Positions 38,539-46,188 of a stretch of 64,000 nucleotides of DNA are shown in pieces. Below the pieces are notes generated by a model. It was not told the origin of the DNA and searched no databases. It was given only the letters and a program-made list of their open reading frames with translations. How positions within the stretch are numbered: the first letter of the stretch is position 1; the number at the start of each line of letters is the position of its first letter. A program made the position numbers and the translations under genes. Source of the DNA: a virus; the IMG/VR virus record IMGVR_UViG_3300045391_004889, positions 32,001 through 96,000 of that record; one strand, 5' to 3'.

Positions 38539-39513
38539 TCAGACCAGAGCCTGGATGCCGGCGACCAGCTTGTTCTGCAGCTTGTCGCCCTCGCCGTGCA
38601 TGATGGACTCGAAGCGGGCGTTGGGCGTCCGCTGCGTCTTCAGGTGGTCCATGTACTCGGTGAAGGCGTTGTACACACCGTAGCCGGTGCCGCGGAAGGG
38701 CTCCACCGTCTCGGACGTCTGGTAGTTCGTGATGATGTCGGCGATCATGTCGTCCCGACGGGCGCGGCGCTCGGGGATGATCGAGTTCAGCATCAGCTTG
38801 ACGCGGTCGTCGCTGACCTTGATGTCGGCCAGCTGCTCGGCCAGCTTCTGGAACTCAGCCTCGTAGTTGACCGAGAGCTGCAGGGCGTTCCGAGCCTCGT
38901 CCACGCGGGCCTTGACCGTGGTGGTGTGAGGGATGGACCAGGAGCTCTTGGCCGAGGCGATGGCGGCACCGTTCTGGTTGGCGCACCACAGCCGGAACGG
39001 GATGATCCGAGCGCTGATGCTGGTGCCGTCACCGTGGCTGGTGCGGATGTACAGGTAGGTCTCGTAGCTGTCGCCGCCGAGGACCTCGAAGCCCTCGCCG
39101 AGCTTCATGACCATGAAGACCCGAGCGCCGCCGTTCTGCTGGCCGGCGACCACCCACTTGCCGGTGCCCTCCTGGACGAGCTCGTCACCGAAGGCGAAGG
39201 CGTCGTGGTTGCTGAAGACCTCGTAGCGGTTGCGAACGGTGCCGAGCTGAGCGCCGGTGTCGGTGCGGAAGACCTCACGCGACTTCGTGGACTGCTCGAA
39301 CTGGTCCTCGCCGACGCGGCGCCACAGCGGGCGGGCTTCCACGCCCCAGTCGAGGCCGGCGGCCTGCAGCATGTCGGCGCTGCCGAGACCCTGCGGGGCC
39401 TCCACGTTGCCGACCATGTTGGTCTGGACCAGGGACTGCCAGGCGGGCACCCGCTTGACCTCGGTGGTCTCGTCGGTCGTCGTGTCGGTGGTCTCGATCG
39501 TGGCCACGGTCAT
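38539..39513 (-). CDS. DUF932 family protein
   Basis: AGLDW.V, R.DTG..LG.V..RY....N, SHGDG, R..CAN, HT motifs. Confidence 0.85.
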   Translation of the reverse strand: MTVATIETTDTTTDETTEVKRVPAWQSLVQTNMVGNVEAPQGLGSADMLQAAGLDWGVEARPLWRRVGEDQFEQSTKSREVFRTDTGAQLGTVRNRYEVFSNHDAFAFGDELVQEGTGKWVVAGQQNGGARVFMVMKLGEGFEVLGGDSYETYLYIRTSHGDGTSISARIIPFRLWCANQNGAAIASAKSSWSIPHTTTVKARVDEARNALQLSVNYEAEFQKLAEQLADIKVSDDRVKLMLNSIIPERRARRDDMIADIITNYQTSETVEPFRGTGYGVYNAFTEYMDHLKTQRTPNARFESIMHGEGDKLQNKLVAGIQALV

Positions 39514-39556
39514 CTGGATCACTCCGTTCATTCGTTCCTGATTGGCTGCTGAGACC

Positions 39557-39585
39557 AATGTATCACATCGTTGTGACAATGTAAA
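39557..39585 (-). promoter_or_regulatory. promoter TTTACA-N17-TACATT with palindromic spacer
   Basis: consensus match; TCACA-acga-TGTGA in the spacer. Confidence 0.7.
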
Positions 39586-39599
39586 CAGCCTGGGTGAGT

Positions 39600-39674
39600 T
39601 GGCTCCCCGCCGAGGATTCGAACCTCGAACGTCACGTCCAGAGCGTGGTGTGTTGCCAGTTACACCAACGGGGA
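39600..39674 (-). tRNA. tRNA-Gln(CTG), CCA encoded
   Basis: cloverleaf; loop CT-CTG-GA; T-loop TTCGAAT. Confidence 0.9.
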
Positions 39675-39679
39675 ACGAG

Positions 39680-39751
39680 GGTGACCGGTGGGACTTGAAC
39701 CCACAACGACCGCGACCACAACGCGACGCTCTACCATTGAGCTACGGCCAC
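39680..39751 (-). tRNA. tRNA-His(GTG)
   Basis: cloverleaf; loop TT-GTG-GT; C73. Confidence 0.9.
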
Positions 39752-39753
39752 AG

Positions 39754-39826
39754 CTCCCTCACCAGGGCTCGAACCTGGGACACCCGGATTAACAATCCGG
39801 TGCTCTGCCGACTGAGCTATAAGGGA
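39754..39826 (-). tRNA. tRNA-Asn(GTT)
   Basis: CCGGA-TT-GTT-AA-TCCGG arm; canonical D and T arms. Confidence 0.92.
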
Positions 39827-39827
39827 C

Positions 39828-39903
39828 TGGCATGCCCGGCAGGACTCGAACCTGCGACCAGTCGCTTTGGAGACGACCGCTCTGGCCACTGAGCTACGGA
39901 CAC
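39828..39903 (-). tRNA. tRNA-Trp(CCA), CCA encoded
   Basis: GTCGT-CT-CCA-AA-GCGAC arm. Confidence 0.92.
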
Positions 39904-39907
39904 ACGG

Positions 39908-39991
39908 CGGAAGAGACAGGATTCGAACCTGCGTGGGTGTTACCCCGCGTCATTAGCAGTGACGTGCCATCAGCCTCTCGGCCACTCTTCC
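39908..39991 (-). tRNA. tRNA-Ser(GCT)
   Basis: CGTCA-CT-GCT-AA-TGACG; long variable arm; G73. Confidence 0.9.
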
Positions 39992-39992
39992 A

Positions 39993-40090
39993 GGCAACCA
40001 GGTGATCAAGCTTCCCACGCAGGGGACGACTCCATCTGTAAGAAGTGGCTGCCACACCACCCCGATGTACGTCGCCCGATCAACCTGGCC
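39993..40090 (-). ncRNA. structured non-tRNA RNA of about 97 nt inside the tRNA array
   Basis: ends pair (GGCCAGGT-T-GATCGG / TTGATC-ACCTGGTT); nested stems inside; no T-loop or anticodon arm. Confidence 0.55.
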
Positions 40091-40093
40091 GAG

Positions 40094-40178
40094 CAGAGGG
40101 TGTAGGATTCGAACCCACGGAGCTGTCACACTCTACGGTTTTCAAGACCGCCGCCTTAGGCCACTCGGCCAACCCTCC
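40094..40178 (-). tRNA. tRNA-Ser(TGA)
   Basis: GCGGT-CT-TGA-AA-ACCGT; long variable arm. Confidence 0.9.
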
Positions 40179-40179
40179 G

Positions 40180-40254
40180 TACCACGCCCCGGATTCGAAC
40201 CGGGAACATCCTGTTCCTGAGACAGGCGCCTCTACCAAGTTGGGCCAGCGCGGC
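40180..40254 (-). tRNA. tRNA-Leu(CAG), short variable loop
   Basis: CCTGT-CT-CAG-GA-ACAGG; A73. Confidence 0.85.
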
Positions 40255-40270
40255 TTGTTCAGTTGTAGCG

Positions 40271-40341
40271 TGGTGCACCCAGGATTTGAACCTGGACGGG
40301 AGTGGTTTACAGCCACGCCGACTCAACCAGCGCTGTGCACC
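40271..40341 (-). tRNA. atypical tRNA-Tyr(GTA)
   Basis: acceptor GGTGCAC/GTGCACC-A; loop CT-GTA-AA; T-arm CCAGG-TTCAAAT-CCTGG; degenerate D-arm; no long variable arm. Confidence 0.65.
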
Positions 40342-40345
40342 CTAG

Positions 40346-40419
40346 TGGCGGGAGCGGGATTCGAACCCGCGACCTCAGGGTTATGAGCCCCACGCGCTAC
40401 CGAGCTGCGCCATCCCGCT
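40346..40419 (-). tRNA. initiator tRNA-fMet(CAT)
   Basis: CAT anticodon; three G-C pairs closing the anticodon stem; 1:72 mismatch (A-C). Confidence 0.88.
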
Positions 40420-40435
40420 ACGGTCTTACTTGTTT

Positions 40436-40480
40436 ACCTTACCCTGGATCGCCGACGAGTGCCAGCGATCCAGGGTGAGG
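40436..40480 (-). promoter_or_regulatory. hairpin overlapping a probable tRNA-array promoter (TGGCAC-N17-TAAGGT)
   Basis: CCTTACCCTGGATCGC...GCGATCCAGGGTGAGG stem; -10 just upstream of tRNA-fMet. Confidence 0.55.
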
Positions 40481-40483
40481 GTG

Positions 40484-41071
40484 CTACTTCTTGCCCTCGC
40501 TGAAGTCGAACGAGGGCTTGCCGACGAGGCTGACCTGGTGGGTGGTCTTGTCCCACACCGCGTTGCCGAACACGGTCTGGACGAAGCCCTCCCAGTAGTT
40601 CGCGTACGCGTTGCCCTGGGCGTCCACGCAGATCACGTAGGTGCCGTCCGAGTCACCGGTGTAGATGCCGGTCGGGTCCATCTGCTCGGTCGTGAGCACC
40701 GAACCGCTGCTCTTGTAGTTGTCGTGCACCACCTGGCTCGGGTTCGTGAGCTGGGCGGTGTGCGCGATCGGCGCGCCGATGGACGGGCAGGTCATGATCG
40801 GGTCCTGCACGCCCTGGTTGAAGAAGAACGAGGTGGTCTGGACGCCGTTTGCCTCCGCCGTCTCGACCTCCTTCAGGTTCTGCCGCACCTGGGAGTAGTT
40901 GAACCCCGGCACCGGCTGGTTCTGCACCAGTGACGTGGTGTCCTTGGCCTGCTGCTGGTTCTCCAGCTTCTGGCCGGTGGACTGCGGGTGCTTGCTACCG
41001 TTGCAGCCGCTGACCGTGAGAGCGGTGACCGCCACGAGAGCGGTGCCGCTGAGGATGAGCTTCCTGTTCAC
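40484..41071 (-). CDS. lipoprotein
   Basis: signal NRKLILSGTALVAVTALTVSG-C lipobox. Confidence 0.75.
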   Translation of the reverse strand: MNRKLILSGTALVAVTALTVSGCNGSKHPQSTGQKLENQQQAKDTTSLVQNQPVPGFNYSQVRQNLKEVETAEANGVQTTSFFFNQGVQDPIMTCPSIGAPIAHTAQLTNPSQVVHDNYKSSGSVLTTEQMDPTGIYTGDSDGTYVICVDAQGNAYANYWEGFVQTVFGNAVWDKTTHQVSLVGKPSFDFSEGKK

Positions 41072-41463
41072 TTCGCACTTCCCATCACGCAGTTCTGGTT
41101 GACCCACTGCAGCTGGTCGAACGGCAGCTGATCGCCGGTGACCTGCTCAGCGTCCTGACACACGAGGTTGGCGACGGCCTTGCGCTGCGCCACCAGCTGT
41201 GTCTTGTTGACCGGGTTGGACACGATCTGGCTGTCCAGATCGGTCACCGTACCCAGCTTCTTGGTGATCTCGTCCCGCAGCGTCTGCTGGTTGCCGTAGC
41301 TGCTGCGGTTGATGTGGTTCTGACGGTTCGTGTTGTGCTGCTTGAACCACCAGCCGGCCTGCCAGCCGCCCAGAATGAGCGCGGCGAGCATCGGAAGACC
41401 GACCACGCAGACGATCATCACCTTCGCCCAGAAGAACCGGCTCGGCTCCACGGGTGCAGACAT
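41068..41463 (-). CDS. membrane protein with N-terminal TM helix
   Basis: GAAGGAAGAG RBS; TM VMIVCVVGLPMLAALILGGW; coupled to the lipoprotein. Confidence 0.7.
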   Translation of the reverse strand: MSAPVEPSRFFWAKVMIVCVVGLPMLAALILGGWQAGWWFKQHNTNRQNHINRSSYGNQQTLRDEITKKLGTVTDLDSQIVSNPVNKTQLVAQRKAVANLVCQDAEQVTGDQLPFDQLQWVNQNCVMGSAK

Positions 41464-41503
41464 TCTCTTCCTTCCGTCGCTTCCTTGATGACGTGGTACT
41501 GCG

Positions 41504-41576
41504 TCGAGATGGTGGGACTCGAACCCACGATCCCCTGCTCCCAAAGCAGGTGCCCTCGCCACTAGGCTACATCTCG
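41504..41576 (-). tRNA. tRNA-Pro(TGG)
   Basis: CCTGC-TT-TGG-GA-GCAGG; C1-G72, A73. Confidence 0.9.
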
Positions 41577-41602
41577 TTGGTCTTGCGCTTGCTGCTGTAA
41601 AC

Positions 41603-41663
41603 ACAATACCAGACGACAGGCGGGTTGTCCTCCCTTTCGCCCCCTGCGCGAGAGGGAGGACAA
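41603..41663 (-). promoter_or_regulatory. terminator-like hairpin overlapping promoter AGGACA-N17-TATTGT
   Basis: TTGTCCTCCCT...AGGGAGGACAA stem; extended -10 TGG-TATTGT. Confidence 0.55.
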
Positions 41664-41668
41664 GTCCA

Positions 41669-42925
41669 CTACGCCGCGGCGAGCGCCTCTTCCTGCTGCC
41701 GCTTCCACACGGGCTTCCAGTCCATCGACACGTCGATGAGCTTGTCACCCTGGTCGAGCTCCTCGCCCGTGTAGGTACCAGGGTTACCCTCGAGGGACGC
41801 CTTGACCCACTTGAGGAGCCATCGGGCCGGCGCGACTGAGGTTCCCTTGCCCCAGAACGCGTGCAGGCTGCTGGCGTCCTTGGCACCCTCGATCAGCCAG
41901 TCGTCGGGGAAGCCCATGATGCGAGCGACCTCGCGATGCGTGGCGAACCGCTGGTTGGGGTGCCACACCATGTACGGACCGGCACCGTTGACGACGCGAG
42001 CCGGCTCACTCCACGCCCAGTGGCGAGGCTTGCTGAAGCCACCCGCGTCGAAGTTGCGAGCGATCAGCTGGGCGTCCCGGGTGGTGGTGCCCTTGGCGGT
42101 CGGGTACTGCCACGACTCCGGCAACTGGCCGTACGTCTCGTAGTACCGCTTGAGGACGTGTGCCTCACTCTCGCCCGGCTTCCACTCCACCGAGGCGAGG
42201 TCCATGACGCGACGTGAGTACGCGTTCTCCGCCGGCACGTGACCGTCCACCTTGCCGCTCTCGGAGCGCAGGGACTCGCTCCACCAGGTGGGCTCCTGGA
42301 GGTACGGCTGCGCCGACCAGCTGATCGGCTGGTCCACCAGGTCGCGAAGCGCGTCACCCAGGACGGGCAGCTTGTCACCCAGCGGGTGGTGCTCCACGCC
42401 GAACGGGAACTGGGTCAGCACGAGGAAGTAGCGCTTCCGCTTGCTGACGCCGCCCACCGACCAGTTGTTCTGCAGCACGTGAGTGACGTGGTACTTCAGC
42501 CCGGTGTGCTCGTTCATGTAGCGGCCGAGCTCCCGCATGAGTGGCAGGCCCTTGGTGTACGCCTGGGCGACCGACTCCATGCAGACGAACTGCGGCTTGA
42601 CCTTCGCCGCGTACGTCATGATGTCGCGCATGCAGTTGTTGATCTCGGAGTCCATGCCGTGCATCTTGGAGCCGGCCGTCATGGACGAGAAGGCGCTGCA
42701 GGGTGGCGTGCCGATGACGCCGTCCGCCTCGATCGGCGTCCACTCCGCGGGCAGCGAGGCCTGGGCCTGCCACTCGTTGCCGAGGAGCTTGCGGTTGGCC
42801 TCCATCAGCGGGATGCCGAACCCCTGCTTGTTCTCCTTCTTGCCGACGAGGGTCATGCCCTCCTGCGCGGCTCCGCAGGAGAAGCCACCTGCGAAGCCGT
42901 AGACGTCGACGAACTTGATCGTCAC
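41669..42925 (-). CDS. divergent C5-cytosine DNA methyltransferase homologue
   Basis: motif I VDVYGFAGGF, IV GTPPCSAFS, VI MESV, VIII SKRKRYF, IX REVARIMGFPDDW, X WGKGTS. Confidence 0.85.
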   Translation of the reverse strand: MTIKFVDVYGFAGGFSCGAAQEGMTLVGKKENKQGFGIPLMEANRKLLGNEWQAQASLPAEWTPIEADGVIGTPPCSAFSSMTAGSKMHGMDSEINNCMRDIMTYAAKVKPQFVCMESVAQAYTKGLPLMRELGRYMNEHTGLKYHVTHVLQNNWSVGGVSKRKRYFLVLTQFPFGVEHHPLGDKLPVLGDALRDLVDQPISWSAQPYLQEPTWWSESLRSESGKVDGHVPAENAYSRRVMDLASVEWKPGESEAHVLKRYYETYGQLPESWQYPTAKGTTTRDAQLIARNFDAGGFSKPRHWAWSEPARVVNGAGPYMVWHPNQRFATHREVARIMGFPDDWLIEGAKDASSLHAFWGKGTSVAPARWLLKWVKASLEGNPGTYTGEELDQGDKLIDVSMDWKPVWKRQQEEALAAA

Positions 42926-42933
42926 GTGCTCTC

Positions 42934-44217
42934 CTAGCTGGCGCCGAGCGCCGTGAGGAACGTACGCGCCACAGCCTTGGGCGCGTGCTTGGTGGCGAGA
43001 ACGGTGCGGTTGCGCTGGGCGATCGTACGGCGCTGCGCGGTGTTGAGGGTGAGGATCTCCTCCACCGCCTCCCCGATGCCCTCCAGAACCTCGTGCCATG
43101 CCGGCTGGTTGGCCAGCTTCGACTCACCGGGCCAGGACGGCACGGACTCGAGAGCGCGACCCTCGAAGTCGTCGCTCCACATGGAGCTCACCGACACCTG
43201 CATGCAGCCGGCATCGATGGCCTCGAACTGGGAGTACTCCATGCCGTCCGAGAACTCGGAGGCGGTGAGATCCACGTGCACGTCCAGGTTGCGGCAGGCG
43301 TCGAAGCCCGACTCATAGCCACCCTTGTACTCGATCTGGGTGCCGCCAGGCGCGGTGACCTCCCAGAGGTACGGCCGGATGACGTCACCACCGGTCTCCG
43401 TACGCTCACCGGGCTTGATCACCCCGTGACGGATACCGGGAAGCGACAGCGGCTTGCCCAGCACCATCGCCTCGAAGGTCTTGTACGTGGCGGACGCGGC
43501 GAGGCTGAGAGAGGAGGCACCCCAGAGCTGGACGCGATCCGCGGACGGCATCAGGTCGAGCGCCGCCGCCATACCGAGCGCGTGGTGACCCTTGGTGGTG
43601 ATGTACCGCCCGGTGATGCCCACCACGTCGTTCGTCGCGTGACCGGCCAGCAGGTGAGAGTCCGGCTCCGTCTGCATCCGGTACGGCAGCGGCGACACCG
43701 TGAAGTCCACGTCCGGCCAGAGGTGACGGGACAGGTTGGGCGACGTCGGGGAGTGCGTCACCGCCGTGCCGAGGAAGTTCGGCCGCGTGAGGAGGTCCTT
43801 CACGTATGGCACCTCGCTCGGCGGGTAGTTGTTCCCGTGGAGCGCGAAGATGAACGGCGTCTGAGTGGCGGCGAGAACGTTGAGGTACTCCGGCGTGTCG
43901 GGGTCGAGGTAGCTCTTCCCCTTCGCCGCCTCCTTGTCCTGCATCACCGTGCGCACGTCGGTGAGAACGATGCGGTCGTACTGATCCAGCACGTAGCCGG
44001 CGTCCCGAAGACGGCCCACCACGTCGGGTGACCGGCCCCACCAGCGGATGCCCGGTCGCATGTTGCCCTCGCCCCAGACGGAGCGTGCCTTGCCGGACCG
44101 GGTGAAGGTCACCACGTCCGCCTCGTGTCCGTTCTCACGGAAGCCGTCGCGCAGGTGATACGCCCAAGCCATCGGGCCGCAGACCCGCGGCTCCGGTTCG
44201 AAGATGGCGATCCTCAT
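42934..44217 (-). CDS. GT-B glycosyltransferase (candidate DNA base glycosyltransferase)
   Basis: MRIAIF...G N-terminal strand; GRYITTKG; DGMEYSQFEAIDAGC resembling the GT4 E-x7-E motif. Confidence 0.75.
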   Translation of the reverse strand: MRIAIFEPEPRVCGPMAWAYHLRDGFRENGHEADVVTFTRSGKARSVWGEGNMRPGIRWWGRSPDVVGRLRDAGYVLDQYDRIVLTDVRTVMQDKEAAKGKSYLDPDTPEYLNVLAATQTPFIFALHGNNYPPSEVPYVKDLLTRPNFLGTAVTHSPTSPNLSRHLWPDVDFTVSPLPYRMQTEPDSHLLAGHATNDVVGITGRYITTKGHHALGMAAALDLMPSADRVQLWGASSLSLAASATYKTFEAMVLGKPLSLPGIRHGVIKPGERTETGGDVIRPYLWEVTAPGGTQIEYKGGYESGFDACRNLDVHVDLTASEFSDGMEYSQFEAIDAGCMQVSVSSMWSDDFEGRALESVPSWPGESKLANQPAWHEVLEGIGEAVEEILTLNTAQRRTIAQRNRTVLATKHAPKAVARTFLTALGAS

Positions 44218-44705
44218 CGCAGGTACTTCTCCTCGCACGTGGTGTCGCAGAACTGCTGGCCCTCGCTGCGACGGATGATCAGGGTGGCGTTCTGATGCGT
44301 GTCGTCGAACGCGCGGCCGCACTGCGTGCACTTGTTCGAGCCGTCGTAGCCGGTGGCCATACGCTGCTTGTTGACGTCGATCTTCTGCTGGTAGCGAACG
44401 GCCAGCTCCTCGTCGGAGCAGTTCACCGCGGTGAGCGCGTTGGCCACGAAGAAGAGCACGTCGACCATCTCACCGACGAACTTGTCACGGTTCTGCGCCC
44501 ACTTCTTCTCGCGGTTCTCAGCGGTGGCCCACGGCTTCCACGGAACCTCCTGCTGAGCCTCCGCCAGCTCCAGGAAGGCGGCGTTCAGGTTCATCGTGAC
44601 GTAGTCCGTCTTCGCGTTGACGTCCACCGCCATGCGCGGGTAGTCGATCTCGAACGTCTCCGCCTGGTACGCGCGCTGCGTGTGCAGCCACTCGTCGAAC
44701 TTCAC
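44214..44705 (-). CDS. all-alpha dimeric dUTPase/dCTPase (MazG superfamily) with C-terminal Zn motif
   Basis: ELAEAQQEVPWKPW...EMVDVLFF...Y..K...N..R; CTQC...FCDTTC. Confidence 0.82.
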   Translation of the reverse strand: MKFDEWLHTQRAYQAETFEIDYPRMAVDVNAKTDYVTMNLNAAFLELAEAQQEVPWKPWATAENREKKWAQNRDKFVGEMVDVLFFVANALTAVNCSDEELAVRYQQKIDVNKQRMATGYDGSNKCTQCGRAFDDTHQNATLIIRRSEGQQFCDTTCEEKYLR

Positions 44706-44745
44706 TTCATCTCTCTTCCGTCGTCACATCAGTCTACTGCGGTGG

Positions 44746-44791
44746 GTGACCGTCACCCTGGATCGTACCAGAGTGACGGTCACCACGTCAA
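44746..44791 (-). promoter_or_regulatory. promoter TTGACG-N18-TACGAT inside a hairpin
   Basis: GTGACCGTCAC...GTGACGGTCAC stem with the -10 in the loop; heads the dNTPase-GT-MTase unit. Confidence 0.6.
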
Positions 44792-44806
44792 CCCCCGTGG
44801 TGGGAG

Positions 44807-45421
44807 CTAGAAGGGCATGTCCGGCGGAGTGGCGGCGTCAGCGGGCGCCGCATCCTCCACCGGCTCGTCCTTCTTGGTCGACACCGGAGCCGGTGCCGGG
44901 GCAGGCGCCGGCTGAGGAGCCGGAGCGGGCTGAGGCTGGGGCTGAGCGACCGGCTGAGGAGCCGGAGCCGGCTGAGGCTGCGGAACCCCACCGCCCGCCG
45001 CGGGAGCCCCGCTCGGGGTGCCGAGTGCCTTCACGTTCTTGATCTCGTTCTTCTCCTCCTCGTTCCAGAGGCGGATGCCGACCTCCACCTCGCAGCTCTT
45101 GCCGACGAGGTCCGCGGCCACCTTCTCGAGCGGCGGGTTGGTGGCGAAGTACTCGTGGTTGAGACCGAGCGCCTTCATGTGGCGGAAGAAGAACCCGAGC
45201 GCCGTGCCGCTCTCGGGGCTGATCACGAAGTCGTTGAACAGCGTCTTGCCGCTCATCGGACCCGCGTTGATGGTGAACTGGACGTTGATCTTGTCCTTGC
45301 CGGTGCCGGTCTTCTTGGCCTCGGCCTTCTTGACCGTCACCGTGTACGGACCGGCCGGGACGGCGGAGAACCCCGCGTCGTCGGCCGCCTGCTTGAGGTC
45401 GCCCCAGTTGAAGGTTGCCAC
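44807..45421 (-). CDS. DUF669-like ssDNA-binding protein
   Basis: F..VPAG.Y.V.V..AE.K...G; Pro/Ala linker; acidic-aromatic tail DMPF. Confidence 0.8.
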   Translation of the reverse strand: MATFNWGDLKQAADDAGFSAVPAGPYTVTVKKAEAKKTGTGKDKINVQFTINAGPMSGKTLFNDFVISPESGTALGFFFRHMKALGLNHEYFATNPPLEKVAADLVGKSCEVEVGIRLWNEEEKNEIKNVKALGTPSGAPAAGGGVPQPQPAPAPQPVAQPQPQPAPAPQPAPAPAPAPVSTKKDEPVEDAAPADAATPPDMPF

Positions 45422-45441
45422 GTCAGACTCCGTTCAGTCGT

Positions 45442-46188
45442 TCACTTGCTGTGCGAGATGGTCGCGCCGGCGTTGGCGTCGTCATCACCGCGAATCATGG
45501 CGAGCATCTTGGTCACGTCGGGGTTGTCCAGGTACGGACCCAGACGTCCGCCCACGCGCTCACCCGTCTCGAAGCCCGGCGTCGGTCCCACGAAGAGCCG
45601 ACGTGCGGTGGAGATGCCGTCCTCCATCGTGACCAGCTGGAGGTAGGCGCAGATGTCCACGTAGTACGGCAGCGTCGTGGCCAGGGAACCCTGAACGTGA
45701 GGCTGCCAGACCCCACCGTCTCGCTGCCGAGCCATCGCGATGAAGATCACCGCGTCGAGGGGCTTGACCGGGTTCGTGGTGAGGTCCCGGAACTTGCGCA
45801 CCAGGTCGGACACCTGCCGAAGCAGCGTACCCCAGTCCTGAGTCTTCATCTGGTCGGTACCGGCGATGTCATCCACCGCTCGCTGCTGGATCTCCGAGAT
45901 GGAGTCCAGCACCACCGACTTGAACGGGTGCTTGCCGCTGTTGAGCCACTCGTACGCCTTGAGAACCGCGCGGTAGCTGTGCACCGGCACGATGGCGGTG
46001 TCCCACGCGTCACTCGGCTCCGGCGGCGCGTACTGCACCGGGTCCCAGTCGATCTTCTTGCTGGGGGTGAAGCGGCTGCCCATCTCCGCATCCAGGATCA
46101 GCCGTGGTGCCGGGGTGGTGTCACCCAGCCACGACTTGCCCTGCTTGCTGTGTCCGTAGACGATGGCGTTGATGCCGTAACTGGTCAA
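45442..46188 (-). CDS. AAA_24 / Sak4-like ATPase (ssDNA annealing)
   Basis: VYGHSKQGKS, ILDAE, VVLDSISE, QDWG. Confidence 0.85.
   Translation of the reverse strand: MTSYGINAIVYGHSKQGKSWLGDTTPAPRLILDAEMGSRFTPSKKIDWDPVQYAPPEPSDAWDTAIVPVHSYRAVLKAYEWLNSGKHPFKSVVLDSISEIQQRAVDDIAGTDQMKTQDWGTLLRQVSDLVRKFRDLTTNPVKPLDAVIFIAMARQRDGGVWQPHVQGSLATTLPYYVDICAYLQLVTMEDGISTARRLFVGPTPGFETGERVGGRLGPYLDNPDVTKMLAMIRGDDDANAGATISHSK

Noticed and set aside
39993-40090. Calling the structured RNA a Y RNA, SRP RNA or ribozyme
   Set aside because: It lacks the Ro60-binding bulged-C helix and T-loop, the SRP domain IV motif and hammerhead cores, and no Ro60 gene is seen. It is left unassigned.
40208-40228. tRNA-Leu(CAG) anticodon arm contains CAGGAACAGG, like the leader motif
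   Set aside because: The match is explained by the anticodon plus stem pairing and is in the same sense as the leaders, so it cannot base-pair with them. It is probably coincidence.
40180-40254. Short variable loops in both tRNA-Leu genes as a novelty
   Set aside because: Short-arm tRNA-Leu species are known in actinobacteria and their phages, and the other Leu features look normal.
44880-44990. Short tandem repeats (GGCTGAGGAGCCGGAGC-like)
   Set aside because: They encode the Pro/Gln/Ala linker of the SSB-like protein and are not a non-coding array.
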